NCBI GenBank assembly: GCA_002104905.1
Contig: MCFE01000315.1
Coordinates: 33,259-97,258, forward strand
DNA: 64,000 bases
DNA from: Basidiobolus meristosporus CBS 931.73
Taxonomy: Eukaryota; Fungi; Basidiobolomycota
Reading direction: 5' to 3'
Part shown: positions 37,300 through 50,900 of the stretch, in pieces
How the letters are laid out: each line of letters begins with the position of its first letter
How positions within the stretch are numbered: the stretch's first letter is position 1
Notes under the pieces: model-generated
The model's input: the letters and a program-made list of their open reading frames with translations, nothing else
What the model was told of the DNA's origin: nothing
Database searches by the model: none
Translations under genes and position numbers: made by a program

Positions 37300-39623
37300 A
37301 GATAAGCTTCTTAATGATCATTGGATGTCTGCCACTAGGATCTAGGGGCATTTGTTATTTGGGTAGATCTCCTTACTGGGATAATTTGTTCTGATTTAGA
37401 ACTTGTGGAAGTATCTTTTGTATCTGGCCAAATTTGGTAGATGTCTTCTTCATCAGTGTTGATTGCATTATCAGGCAGCTGGCCAATGATTTATGTGGCT
37501 TTCTGATCTGAATTCTCCTCAAATACAATGTCCCTGCTCTTGATCAGCTTCTGAATTTTGCCATCATACACTCTATACCCTTTAGTATCTTCAAAATACC
37601 CAAGAAAGATCCCTTTCCTTCTCTTTGGTTCCAACCTCAAGCATTTTTTGTCAGGGAAGTGCTAAAAAATGTCACTGCCAAAGATCTTGAGGTATTGGAG
37701 ATCTGGTTTTTTGCCTGTATATACTTCAAAGGGTGTAGAGTCATGTAGTGCTGTTGTTGGGCATCTGTTTTTGATGTATATTGTGGTAGCAACAGATTCA
37801 GCCCAAAACCTGTAGTCCATTCCCTTATCATGTAGCATAGATTTTCACATCTCTACTATTATTCTATTTGCTGTCCTGCTACCTTATATTGCTGTGGAGT
37901 ATGAGGGACTGTGGTCTGTTTAAGTATATCAGTAGACAAGCAGTACTGTGCAAACTCCTTTGAGCAGTATATTCCTCCATTGTCACTTTGTAGTACCTTC
38001 AATTTACAGCCCGTTTGTGTTTCTGCCATGTTTTGAAGTGCTCTAACATCTTTAAAGCTTCATTCTTTGTTTTGAAGAAGTACACCCATATATATCTTGT
38101 TTTGTGATAAATAAACGTCATAAAGTATCTCTTGGCTCCAAATGGCAGTGTTCTCATGGGGCTGCATATGTCTGAGTGTACAATAGCCAATATTTTGGTG
38201 ATATTGATGCCTTCTGAGCTCCTGAAATGTTGCCTAGCTTGTCTGCCATATGAACATTCCTTACAAACATTCAATTTGATTGGAATTGAGTATTTTAGGC
38301 CCAAAATAAGCTGATTTTTCACCAATTGGCTCATTTCCTGTTCCCCAGTGAGTCCCAGTCTCCTATGCTGTGTCTCCCAGATGGTTTTAACAGTTTCAGC
38401 AATGCTGACATACTCAGGTACAATGATCTTGCATTGTAACTTGTATATATTGTGATCTCTGATCCCAAAGCTAATTTTTGTCCATTTTCACTCAATATTG
38501 AGCAGCTCATCTTAGTAAACGCAAATTTTATTCCCTGAGCAGTTGCTTTACTGACTGAGTGTAAGTTCTTAGCTATTCCAGGTACATAGAGTAAATCTGT
38601 CAGTCTTACTGTTGTTGCCCTTAAGCTATTGCTCATATTTAGTTGTATAGACCCACTGGCAGTAGCTTCCAGAGCAAAGTTATCTCCCAGATAATCCTTT
38701 CTTATGGGAATAGTCTTTAAGTTGCTGAACTACTCCTCAATACCACAAATATGCTGTGGGGCTCCAGAGTCAATATACCATTCATTACTTCAGTTACTTG
38801 CACTTTCTTGTACAGTTACAAATCACTGTTCATCAGTAGTTATATGATTTGCCTGCTATAGTTTCTGTTTGTTGTCTGCTTGTTTCTTCTTGCATACTGT
38901 TGCCCAGTGTCCTGGCTTTTTACAGTAGTTGCAGCAACCAGACTTTCTTTGGTTTTGTTGCTTTCCCTTCTTTTCTGAGTGCCTTTCTGAACTGAATAAA
39001 ATATTTTCTTCAATTTTCTGCTTGATCATTATGTCTGAGCTCTTCATGGAGAAGTCTTCCCTTGACATAGTCTAAAGTCAAATTGTCTTCTCTGCTTTCA
39101 AAGGAAAGAATGAGTGGCTCAAACTTTTCTGGTATGCTGCAAAGTAGACAGAGTATCTTTCTTCATCATCTACACCAGCATTAATACTGTAAACTTCTTC
39201 TGCAAGTGCCTCCATTCTGGTAATGAGTTGTAGCATGTAATCATCTTGCTTCTTCCTCATTTTGAAGAACTTTTGCTTTAAATAAAGCTTGCTTGATACT
39301 GACTTTGCTCAAGGATTCCCATGCCACTTTGGTAGTATTTGAGGCATCGATTTGCTCAATGAAGGAATCTTGCACATTTATATATATGGCATTAAAGGCC
39401 TCTCTATCCTTCTCTTGAAGCTTCTCCACTTCTTCTGCTGTTCCTTTGGGCTCAACTTCTTTTCCGGTTACTATATTCCAAAACTTCCTTTCCTCAAGGT
39501 GGATCTGCATCTTGACTCTCCAGAGTCTGTTGTTCTTCCCATCAAACCTCTCTTTTACAGGGAAAATGTTTGTGTTGTTCTGTTTACTGGTAGAAGTCAT
39601 ATTTAGAATAGATTAAGGCAATT

Positions 39624-39636
39624 GGGGCTCATAACC
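39624..39636 (-). promoter_or_regulatory. Copia PBS GGTTATGAGCCCC (internal tRNA-iMet fragment type)
   Basis: Directly abuts the CA end of the 5' LTR on the - strand; resembles the GGTTATGGGCCC PBS of Drosophila copia. Confidence 0.8.
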
Positions 39637-40908
39637 TGTTGCAATTTAAGAAGTGATTTGGATATAAGGAACTTATCAAGAAATAGTGATAATACCTGAA
39701 CTGTTTTTTAATAAAGAAGCTCAGCAATTATACCTTTGCAGAAGTAATACAGCTGTAACACTAAGTAAGGAGGGTTTCTTAATATTCAGGAGCACTCTGT
39801 AACAGTCTTAGGGTTAGCATATAATGTTTAGTAATAGTGATAGTGCTAATTTGACCTTGTCTATAGGGGAATAATCATTAGATCATAGATCTGAGGAAAG
39901 AGGCAAAGTTAGAGCTCTAAACTAGTCCCACAGTGACCAAGACTAGTCCAGAGTTGTTATGTAAGCTTTTAGCTGCTGAATGATACCCAATAGTCCAATA
40001 TTTTAGGAGAGGATCACTTGGTGAACATTGAAAAGGTCTTGACAAAGCTAGGAGAGAACAAGCCGTACGGCAAGCTAGCAAAGTGCAAACTTTTGAAGGA
40101 ACATGTTAAATACCTGGGACACATAGTGACTAGCAAAGGAGTGACCTTAGACCCCAAGAGGGCTGAAGTAATCAAGAATCTGAAGCAGCCCCATAGCATA
40201 TGAGAACTCAGATCATTCCTTGAATTGATTTCCTATTATTGGAGTTTTGTCAAATCCTTTGCAAGTGTCACAGCACCTTTGACTGATATTCCAAGAAAGA
40301 CAACACTGTGAAGTGGGGCATAGCCTTTGAGACTGCCTTTCAGACGCTCAAGGATGAGCTTGCCAAGCTGTCAAGCTTAAGAACCCCAGACTTCATAAAA
40401 GAGCTTGTTCTGTGCACTGATGCTTCAGACTATGCATTTGGTGGAGCACTGAGCCAAGAACAATAGGGAATGGACAGCCCAGTAGCTTATGAGCTCAAGA
40501 AACTGAATTCAGCAGAACAGAACTAATCAGTGCATGAGAAGGACATGCTTGTGATTTCCCCTGCTTGAAGATCTGGCAATGCTACATTGAGGGAGTCAAG
40601 CTCACTGTGAAGACTGATCATGCCTCACTCATGTATATATTTGTTCGGAGGGTACTATCCAGAAGAATGACAAGATGGAGTGAATACATTCAGCAATTTG
40701 ACTTGGAGGTTGTAAACCATCCTAGGAAATACATTACAGTTGCTGATGCCTTATAAAGATTAGAATAAGTTGCACATCTCAACTTGGTGAATGAATCAGA
40801 CTGGCCTAGCTTATTACTAAAGTACTTGGAGGACCAAGACATTCCTAATGAGGTGGATGAAGGATTAAGAAGATAACCAGGATGAGGCCAGCAAACTTGT
40901 GGAACAGG

Positions 40909-41277
40909 TGTTCCAAGTCTTGGTATAAAAGTTGTAGAGGAATAGGGAGTTTAGCTAGTATAGTATTAACTACAACTTTAACTCATTTTTATTGAGATTC
41001 CAGCAGCTCCTTATATATATTTTGCCAGATAAAGTGCCAACCAATTATATTTCTTAACAATGGTTGTGACTAATGGATCATTTGATTGTGTGATCACCAC
41101 CTAATTACATTGCACTTAATATATCTACTTCTGTATGATATGGATCTGCTGATTCATTTGCTGACTAATGCTACTGATTTGATGGATGACACTGATGTAC
41201 TGATAGGCTAAACATATAACTAATTGATTTGACCAAAAACTGATCTAACTTAATCATTCAAGTGGTAGATCATTACA
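40909..41277 (-). repeat. Gypsy B solo LTR, antisense, TSD CAGG
   Basis: Reverse complement of the B LTR; CAGG at 40905-40908 and 41278-41281; empty site GCACAGGATG at ~32515. Confidence 0.92.
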
Positions 41278-41819
41278 CAGGATAAGATACTGCACCAAAT
41301 TATTGATGGAAGCCCTATTGACTATTGAACTTATGTTTCTTGGCAGAATTTAATAAATAAGCTACACAATGAATATGGACATATTGGAATTGAAGGAACC
41401 TATAGCCTTGTTAAAGCTAGAGCATGGTGGCCCAGAATGAAACAAGATATTGAGAAGCCAGTGAAAACATGCCCAAATTGCCATATCAACCAAGGCCCAA
41501 GATTAAGAATTGCCAAGCTCTTTCCCATAGAGCCTACACAACCATTTAAAAGATGGGGAATTGACTCTATTGGAAGACCACCAACCACTGGGAAATGCAA
41601 CCATTGCATCATAGTAGCATTTGTTCATCCTACTATATAGCTGATGGCTAAAGCAGTACCTGTAGCCAGTGACAGGAAGTTGCAAGTTTCATCTACCATG
41701 ATATCTTTTTCAAGTTTGGACACCCTCTAGAGGTTTTATCCAATAGAGGAGCATTTTTTGTGGCAAAGTCATTGAAAGCTTACCTTGATATGCAGCAGAT
41801 CAACCAAGGTACATTCTAG

Positions 41820-44378
41820 GATGCCTTTCTGCAACTAAAGCTGAATGTATGGCAACTTACCCAGCAACTAATGAGGCTACTTGGCAACAGAAACTTTTGA
41901 ACAACTAAGGCTTAAATTAAGATGCACCTACATGTATGGACCTTGATAATAAGAGTTGTATTTCACTAGCTAGAAATCCCACTTATCATGCAAGAACTAA
42001 GCACACAGATATACAATACCATAATGTCAGGAAAGCTGTAGAAAATAACTCATCAGAGCTAGCATACTACCCAACTGACAAAAAGGTGGTGGATTGATTG
42101 ACAAAAACCCTAGCTAGACCACAATTTGAGAATCCTGGAGAGGAATTGGGCTTTAGAAATTATTCAGATTAGGGGGAGTGCTGAAGTATCAAACTATTTG
42201 ATATCATTCAGCTGCTAAAAGTTTACCTGACAAAATATGCACTACTGTTAGCCACTGTAGGATATACTCACAACCCAAGCTTTGCCACTTTATTCAGATC
42301 TACAACCCAGTGAGTAATCCCATCTAGTCAAGATCAAATTAATCCTTTTTCAAACATTGTAACCTAACCCTAAAATGGTTACAGAATGCTCCTAAATATT
42401 GGGAAACCCCCCTACTCAGTGTTACAATTGTAATGCTTCTACAAAGGTGTAAGTACAGTGCTACTCTATGAGTACACACCAGTTCAGCTATTATAACTAT
42501 TTCTTGATAGGCTCATTTTATCCAAATCACTGCTCAAATTGCAACATATACAGGCCAGGACCAGACAGCAAGCACCCTAGGTTTGTTAGCGGTGACAGTC
42601 CCTATCAAGTTCCTGTGTAAAAAATGCTCAAAGTTGGAATTGATAAGCAGAAACTGGCTCTTTCTAGGCTGTTATGAAGATACAAAAGGTGTTTATGATG
42701 TTAAGATTCAGAAGCTGAGCAAGAGCTGGGACAACATATTTGAGCAGAATTCAGATCAGAAAGTCACTGCAATCATTGCCCAGCTGCGTGATGATGCAAT
42801 CACCACTATTTAAGAAGATATGTACCTAATGCAGCCAGACACTGAGGAGCATTCTACCAGCTTCAGATCAGAGTAGATTAACCCAGTTAGAATATTTAGT
42901 GGAATAAGAAATGCCCCTGACTCTTAGTGGCAGATATCAATAACCAAGAAGGAGCTTATCTGGCCTTACGTGCTAAACCTCATATTCTGGAATAGGCAAT
43001 GCAAAGTCTAACTGCTACTATGTGGCAATAAGTCACACAGGAAGAGTATCAATTACAGATCAAAGTAAAAACTCGGGAATTGGTAGATTTATCAAATACA
43101 AAACCAAGATTGACTCAAATTGCACTTTTAATGAGCACAAAGGGAGATTGGTGGCAAAAGTCTATTCACTGATCCAGGGGCTGGACTCCAAGGAAACCTG
43201 AGCTCTGGGAGCCAAATTTAACTCTACTAGGACAGCTCGAGCCCTGGTAGCTGCGCACAGTGTAAATCTAAACCAAACAGACATCAAAACAGCCTTTCAA
43301 AGCAGGGATCTGCAAGAAAGTTTATATATGGAATAGCCAGAAGGTTTGACCAGCCCATAAGGTATTAATAAGTGGCTCAGACTTAGCAAATTGCTCTATG
43401 GCCCTTAGCAGGTACCTAGAGCATAGTGTAATAAGATTAGCACATTTATAGTGCCGGGTAAGTTCCATTGTAGCACTGCAGAACAAAGTGCAAATGTGCA
43501 AGAGCCTCAAAGGGCTTGATAATCCTGGCACTATATGTAGACATCATAATAATTGGGGTGGTTAATTCTGAGTGACAGATGCTCTACCACTGGGTATGTA
43601 TTTCCATATGTTAGCACAGCTATTGCTTGGATCTGTCACAAACAACCAAAAGGGCCCTCTCTACAACTGAGGCAGAGAATATAGCTGCTTGTCAAGCAAC
43701 TAAGGTGCTCAAAAGGCTACAAGAGTTATTATAAGATCTAGGTTTTCATTCAGATGAACTAACATGTATTTACCAGCAAAGAGACTTATTCTGTTGGATA
43801 GTGCCACATGGAGCCATGAGTGCCAAATGTTGCCATAGAGTGCTGGAGAGAACAAGTAAGCCTATACTGGGCCACATATTAATAGATGTATTGCTAGATC
43901 TCATGCTTACTTTTACCCTCCATGCTGGCAAAGTCCTTTTTCTGACCTTTCTTTGGGATCAATTGTGAGGATCATGTGTAAATGCACAATATATATCTAG
44001 GAGTCCTACTAATCATGCCACAACTCACAACATAGATATAAAGCACCACTTTTTGAGTAAAGCTGCAGAAAGTTACTTAGTAGATTCAGTGTACTGACTA
44101 AGTAACAAAAAAATGGCATATATACTTATAAAGCCACTGGCTAGGCCACAGTCTGAATGACTCAGCAAGATATTAGAATACAACACTATTTAGTTGAGGG
44201 GAGAGTTGGAATATCTGACTATGCAGTATTCTTCATTAGCTAAGAATTACTTAATAGCTCTAGACTAGGTGTTGTCACTATAGGACTAATTTACAGTTGC
44301 ACTTTTACCTTGCATCTTGTACTATCCCTGAAACTGTTACAGAATGCTCCTGAATGTTGAGAAACCCACCTTCATAGT
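41820..44378 (+). mobile_element. Scrambled copia fragments (+): RNase H, PPT and LTR 42179-42546; IN/RT/RH relics; second LTR from ~44204
   Basis: ARNPTYHARTKHTDIQYHNVR; PPT AGGGGGAG; LTR homology. Confidence 0.75.
43792..43990. mobile_element. Old truncated foldback-MITE arm
   Basis: AGACTTATTCTGTTGGATAGTGCCAC... decays into sequence still similar to the arm (CTGACCTTTCTTTGGGATCAAT). Confidence 0.6.
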
Positions 44379-45910
44379 AGACTTGCTCCATTGGATAATG
44401 CCACGTAGTGCCAGCCTGTTTATAGTGCCGGACTGATATGGCACTCTACGGCACTATCTGGCACTATGACTACTTGGCACTCATGGTTCACTGCAGAACT
44501 CTAATTTCTGCTGTGATATCAGTGGTATGATACAGTTACTGGTAATTTTATTCAATCTTACTAATGTTGCTCAGCATGGTGCTTTACTTGCTTTATTTAC
44601 TCTTCATACGGCTCCAAAAGCATTTCTCTTGGTGGATGTTTTCTTGTACAAATGTACTGTGCATTGATAAGTTTCTTAACTATTATACCCATTCTGCTGT
44701 TTTTACCTGTATATGACTTTCCTTTGTATTTACCTACTAATATGCTGAATCTCTTCAGATATCCAAATGTGTGCTCTACCTTCACTCTGAAATGATTAAA
44801 TATCTCATTGTAGAGCTTCTGCTTCCTGCTAAGCACACCATTCCTTGGCTTCCTATAAGCTGCAATACATCCTAATCTCTGACAATCCTCTCCTATATAC
44901 GCTAAGTCTGCCATACATTTCTCCCCTCTACTGAATTCAGGATGATTCTCTACCCAGAGTGCTTTGTCATGCATACTTCCAGCAAATGGCCCACTAAACC
45001 AGATGATTTTACCCTCAATATCAGATAGTGCTTGAAACTTCACACAGTGTGCCTTGTACTAGCCAGAATAAAAGTGCCTCTGCCCTCTAGAAGGTCTGTT
45101 AATCCTGACTGGGAAAGTATCCAAAATACTCCTGATATGGAACCTATCATTGAACACTCTGGGATATGGAAGTCTATTGGAGCTTCTGAACCTAGTATTC
45201 CAAGCTTGCTCTAAGTCATTCATACACTCTGCAGGCTGGTTCTCCATTGCTGTCAACTGGGAGTGAAAGCTTTTAGGACTTTTGTTGCCATCAATGGTGG
45301 GATGAAATCATTTAGGGCATTAGTTCTTGTAATAGCAGAGAAACTTAACAAGGGATCTCCTTAAGTAGATTGGGGTTGATGGTCCACAGTACTTGGAATA
45401 GATATCAAATCTATCCAAAGAAAATCCAGTGGTAGTTATGGGATTGATGAGAAAAGACCATTCACATGAGTAAGTCATATTAAAGTTGATGGATGATCAA
45501 GTGGAGGTGATTTGAATCAATTTTGCAAAATCTGCATTATTTATCTGATTTTCCACACATTATGATTAAATCTCCGTCAATTGCCATGTATCCCATCATT
45601 ATGTTGCAAGAACCATCCTCAATCAATGCCTTGGTATTTTTATTGATGTTTTACTCACAAGTCTATAATCAAATTGGAAATTTGCAATTGATGTGATCTG
45701 ATCTGTGTCAACACATCCAAGATGCACCATGCATAATATATGGAAGATTCAACAATCACATTAGTTCCAATATATATTTCATATAAGACCAGGTTGATGC
45801 CAATTTACTACTGTATCAGTATCCAAATCTGTTGCTATGGTCCCCATACCAAGTCTTAACTCATCTTTGTTATAACCCAGACAAAACCAATCCCCAGCTC
45901 ACAAGCACAG

Positions 45911-46713
45911 TGTGGTGGTGTAGAGGTACTCCTGGGAGAAGCTACACAACTCAAGGTGTGTGAGGTGTCTGATGGGTGCAATAACCTCTGTGTCTAAACT
46001 GCTGGTGTCTTTGTCAATATGTCACTATGGTAAAAGCTCCTGCTTCTCTAGCTTCCTAGGTGCTCCAAGTCTCTCCAAAGGCCTCTGTGTGTCTTGTGCA
46101 CTACCCTGAAAAGCTCCTTGATGGCAGGTCTGAGATGTACTGTTGAAGGCAGATGCAGTGATCAACTGCTAATCAATAAGGTAGAAGTGTTAATGATAGA
46201 AGGGATGATTTATTGATGAGGGATTGCTTTCCTTAAATACTTTTCCTGATTGCCAAGTGACTACTAATGACAAGGTTCTAGAAGATTCTAGGCATTGGTG
46301 AAACTCTTGATGAAATCACTATGAGCTAAAAATATGCCAAAAATGTCCTGGAAGGTTCTAAAAGGCACAGCACATTCAACCAATCAGGAATCAGTAGTCT
46401 GAAGCCTGTGCAACATAGAAATACCATAAATGGTATTGAAATGGTAGGGATAGTAACACAGACCTAGGTCATGTGTCACAGGCACTGACGTGGGTACTTG
46501 CCTTATGTAGATACATATACTGATCACAAGGCTGAATAACATCTGGGATAACTGATGCTAATAATTAATCAGGGTAAACATCAAATGGGGATAATACTGA
46601 TAATGTGGGCAAAAGAAGAATGGGTTAATACTGATAAGATAAAATATGGATAAGTATATCACAATGACTATATGAGTAAACTTGTCTGTGGGAGGTATGT
46701 TAACCCTACCACA
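45911..46713 (-). repeat. 803-bp solo LTR related to family C LTR, antisense, 4-bp TSD
   Basis: TGTGGTGG...CTACCACA; shares AATAAATCATCCCT and GAGGTTATTGCACCC with the C LTR; flanks ACAG / ATGG. Confidence 0.85.
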
Positions 46714-47677
46714 ATGGTCTGGACCAGAAAAGTTGATGTTGGATCTGTTTGAGTTCTTGCCAAATGATTTTAGTATGGCTCAAGTGTCTATGAAGAGCCT
46801 ACATACATATTTTTGGGCACTACTCATTAATCTACCAGATCTAGATACCTCAGAGAGTTTACAAATATGGAAGAATTTTAGCAGAGAGCTGTGGCATGAG
46901 TTGTACATCAAAATGCCAGTCAATGTATGTAAAAAAATAAATAACAAGACAAGTATTGAAATCAACAATGAGCTGAGAGTGAGGAGAATTGATGAAGAAA
47001 CTGTGCAGGAATGATTTTGCGTGCAATTTGTGCAGGATGGGCTGGATGTGTCTGTTTGTGCCTCAACTTTGGAAACTAAAGAGCTTTTGAATGAGTTTTT
47101 GCCTCAAATGACTAATGTGCTATGTGATATATTAGTAGAGCTATGTGGCTTCCAAGAGCAATCAACACAGTACTCATCCAGGCAACAGTTCCAAAGTATT
47201 AGACAGAGGGTAAGCAAATACCTTCAGGAATTAGATGGTGAGCTTCAGGAGGAAGAATACAGACCGCAAGCAACAGCATCTAGATTGTGCTAGCACACCT
47301 TGCTGGATTCTTTACCATCTCTTGCAACCACAGCACACCAGCACAAATCAGACCAGAATACACCAACACCCTTCACCAAAATACCCTGCATCAAGTCAAT
47401 GTGCCTTGGGTCATTGTGTGCACTTCAGAGCAAAACTACCAGAACTTGCCAAACTGCTCAAAAAGACACAAGTCCATTAGAGCGGACTAAGTCACATCTA
47501 CAAGCAGCATCACATCAAACTCAGCCAAGGGCCATGCCAACACAGCAAGTTGCATTTGCGCATGCCTTTTACCTGACCATCAGTGAGTTACATCTGGTGA
47601 ACTGAGTGATGATGACCCACATGAAGTGCCTCAACTACCAGTGCCCTTGGCAAGTAAAAGAACATGTCAGTGCATGG

Positions 47678-48065
47678 TGTGGGTTATTACTGACTGTACT
47701 TGGTGAGTGGGAGAGCTTGTAGGTCAAGTCAGTACCACTTGGTTCAGAATAGCTTCCAATAGAAGGTAGCAAGGTAATAAAGACTTCTGTTTATTTCGTC
47801 CAAAAATGTTGTTGTTCTTCCTGGTTCAATTGGGTAGATATATATATCACTTGGGGGGCTTAGACAATAGACAATGTGTTATAAAATAGGGGTGTGAACA
47901 CCTTCCTGTTATGGTAAGTGTTCTAACTAGATAAGGGCAGGGATAGGAGGGGAGGACGCGTGGGGGAATCATAGGGAGGGTACTGGAGGACTTTGGGTAG
48001 GACTCTGGAGGGAACTCTTGGGAGAACTCTTGGACGAAGAGTGGGTACTACATTGAGTACTCACA
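47678..48065 (-). repeat. 388-bp solo LTR of another family, TSD CATGG
   Basis: TG...CA ends; CATGG at 47673-47677 and 48066-48070; TATATA and AATAAA on the - strand. Confidence 0.85.
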
Positions 48066-49429
48066 CATGGCACTACAGGCTGGTTCAATAGGTTCAATTG
48101 GAGCAATTTGGTGCAGCCAAGCTGCAGCATTACACTCATCAACTAGGAGGCAAAACACTGACTACAAATACACAAGTAGCCAAGATGATAGTCAACAAGG
48201 TAGTAGTGTAGGTGCGCAAAGTGAGTCACTACCAAAGCTTCAGTAGTAATCCCTGTGAGAAAAAAACCCAGGAGTAGATGATGCAATTGCTTTGCATTGT
48301 TATTATCTGTACTGATCCCAACAACACTTTTTTTTGCAATCCCAATTAAGCCATTGCAAATCAGTGATCATCATATTTTTGATATAAGTAATATCAAGGT
48401 TGTCTCACATTTGAGACAGAACCCCTATAAATAAATACCCTGCATATATATACATCATCTGTAATACCAGTGCAGCTATTGGATCTGTTTTGCACCTACC
48501 TGATCACTTGCATGCTAGCTATGACACCATGTCCTATCACTGGGATCAGGGATTTATTTGCTGGATGGGCAAAATGGGATATTTGATGGCAAATCAAGTA
48601 GCTTGTTTAGTAGTCAATAGGCCAATTGGGGCTGCCAGCTTCAGGATACTTTTGGACCAATTAACCACTGACATATCATCCAATTGGAGTGGTGGTAACC
48701 AAAATGGTAAGTATCAGCGTAGTTTATAGTGTGATATACATTTATTTCCATTTACATTAAAGAAATATATCTAAATACTAGATTTTACCTGCCATAATAG
48801 TGGTATCCAATTGCATATGTGATGCAAACATTACAAGTTGACGCAATCATCTGTGCCAACCTCATTGTGTCATATTGTGCCCTAGTGTGCAAGATTGTCC
48901 CACATGGTGCATAACTATCCAAGAGCAATCCTGCCTACTAGTAGCTATGATATTGCGCCTGATTGTTCTTTACAACCTGGGATAGTGCTGCACACCCTGA
49001 CATGGTATAATGGAACAAGTCTAGTGTTACAGCTGTATTACTTCTACAAATATATCAATACTTGGCTTCTTTTGCTTCTGCAAAGACAAATACACTGAGC
49101 TTCTTATGAATAAACAGCAATTTAGCCAATACCATCTTTCTTGATAAGTTTCTGTTGTCTGAAACACATCTTCAATTGCCAGAGGTTATTGAGATGCAAC
49201 ACAGCATTTATACTTGGTGCAGAACTGTATAAAAATAACTATTTGGTCATTATTAGGGGATTCTTAGGAGTATTTGAGCCAAGTTTTGGGTCTTGATGAG
49301 TTCTGTGCTTTGCACTTTTCCAATAGCCAGCAAATATCATAAGCTCCAATTTCTAAATTAGTAACTTGTAATATGTGATCTAACTATTCCCTTGTTTGTA
49401 TTATAGTAAAAATCCAGTAAATTTCTATC

Positions 49430-49900
49430 AATTCTAACAAAAAGTAGAATATGTTGTGCTTTCCAGAACCTTCCAGCACATACTTTTGTCATTCTTAGCT
49501 CAGTTTGATGATATTAAGATTTCTATTGAACTCCTGATCCATCTGGGGGTATGATAATTACTAATCAATCAGCAAATTAGTAAAGTATACAAAAACCACC
49601 CTCACTCAATAATAAGCCATCATCCCTTTTATCAATATCCCAACTTGGTACTAGCATGAGCATAGCTACCTGTTGCTACCTCAGCTTCTAATTCCAGACC
49701 ACAGGACATTCCCAGGAAGCCATGCTGATAGGTAATTGACCTTGAAAGCACTACTTGTTGGGAATGCTCAGAATAGGTATCTTTTTATTGTATTTTATAT
49801 TTGCCAAATTTGTTCTTGTACAGGCAAAGATAGTTTTCTAGCTTTCTAGATACTGACCACAACCACACTCAGATCAACTCCCTACACATATTTGAGCAGA
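49430..49900 (+). repeat. Degenerate LTR fragment related to family C and the 45911 solo LTR
   Basis: CTACTTGTTGGGAATGCTCAGAATAGGTAT...TTGTTCTTGTACAGGCAAAGATA matches 56325-56410. Confidence 0.7.
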
Positions 49901-50900
49901 CCTAAGTAGACTGTACATAAAATGATATAGGTGGCAAAAATCTGGCAGTATCTTGTCAGCCTTGATGTGCACATCTTTTGCCATTATAACAGCAGTAGAG
50001 CAGCTACAACTGGTACTGTATAATGCCACCATACTAACTTGACAAATGGTATTTCATCATACCACCTTCTCTTGCATCAGTTGTATATTCAATGTAGCAT
50101 TATCTCAAGTCATTTGTCTACCCACTACCACCATGGGTATTCAATACATAGCTTGAATTAATGAGTTATGGCCTCCTTATTATCAATTCTTACATGTGTG
50201 CACACTGCTGCAATTAACTCACAACCATCACCCCAACTTTAGAGCTCTTCTGTGTGATACTTGCAAAGTGGCCTTATACCTTGTATTGTTGGTGACATAT
50301 ATATCTTGCAAACCTATGCTTGGTTGCCACCACTTTGGCCAAGAATGCCTCTAGAATATATGTAGAATACTGTTTGATACTTGGTCAGCATCTATTGTCT
50401 CCTTGCAGGTTAATAGTGTCCCTTCTGAGTGTGTGCTAGTTTCTGTATCTGTGAATTCCTTATTGAATGGCGCAGATATTGCCGTGTGCCCAGAAGAGAC
50501 CTGGCATACTTTGGTGAAGCTGCTCCAATAATGATTAGTTGCTTGAGGAGTCCACACCAACATTGCATTACTTGAAGAGTTTATCATATTTAAGGGCTGC
50601 TTAACTTCAGAATGTCAAAGGCCAAGTTATTTATTTCCCAACCAGACCCTACTGCTCACTGAAGAAGAAGACTGGTTGGACAACAGCTTACTTTGACATT
50701 CAGGGCAACAAGTGGTGCTACAACCACAAAAGGCCATATGCACAGTGTGCACATCAAAGAAAATAATGCAGACTTCTCAGTCTTTCAGCCAAGTAGGTGA
50801 CTGGGAGCATCTGTGGAGCTGCAAGCGGACCAGAGTGCTGAATCCAAGGGGAAGGTAGCAAGACAGTACCTTCAGCTGAAGATCAGCAGATGGCTGTTTT

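Larger units (their letters stand above)
34445..40008 (-). mobile_element. Ty1/copia element (5' LTR 39637-~40008, 3' LTR 34445-34811), degenerate
   Basis: On -: gag (FDGKN..LWRVKM; CNYCKKPGHWATVC), PR (WYIDSGA), IN (VHSDIC), RT (CRWVYKIK; YGLKQAP; LYMNNL), RH (YSDSDWG). IN precedes RT. PPT GAGGGGGG. LTRs about 85% identical by eye. Confidence 0.93.
27313..41812 (+). mobile_element. Gypsy B outer element (5' LTR 27313-27679, PBS TGGTAGCAG), split by three insertions; 3' end lost
   Basis: Reading frames resume across the insertions at 28903-33559, 34445-40008 and 40909-41277; order gag-PR-RT-RH-IN. Confidence 0.85.
44379..49022 (-). mobile_element. PHIS element copy 4, full length, TSD AGT, inserted in a copia LTR; carries two solo LTRs
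   Basis: AGT at 44376-44378 and 49023-49025. Without the inserts it is ~3.44 kb. Transposase remnant 44597-45478 (-); ORF2 remnant 45837-48281 (+). Confidence 0.93.

Noticed and set aside
50351-50640. Unassigned segment between CACTA fragments
   Set aside because: Short and with no motif or repeat that I can support; probably a diverged part of a CACTA relative.
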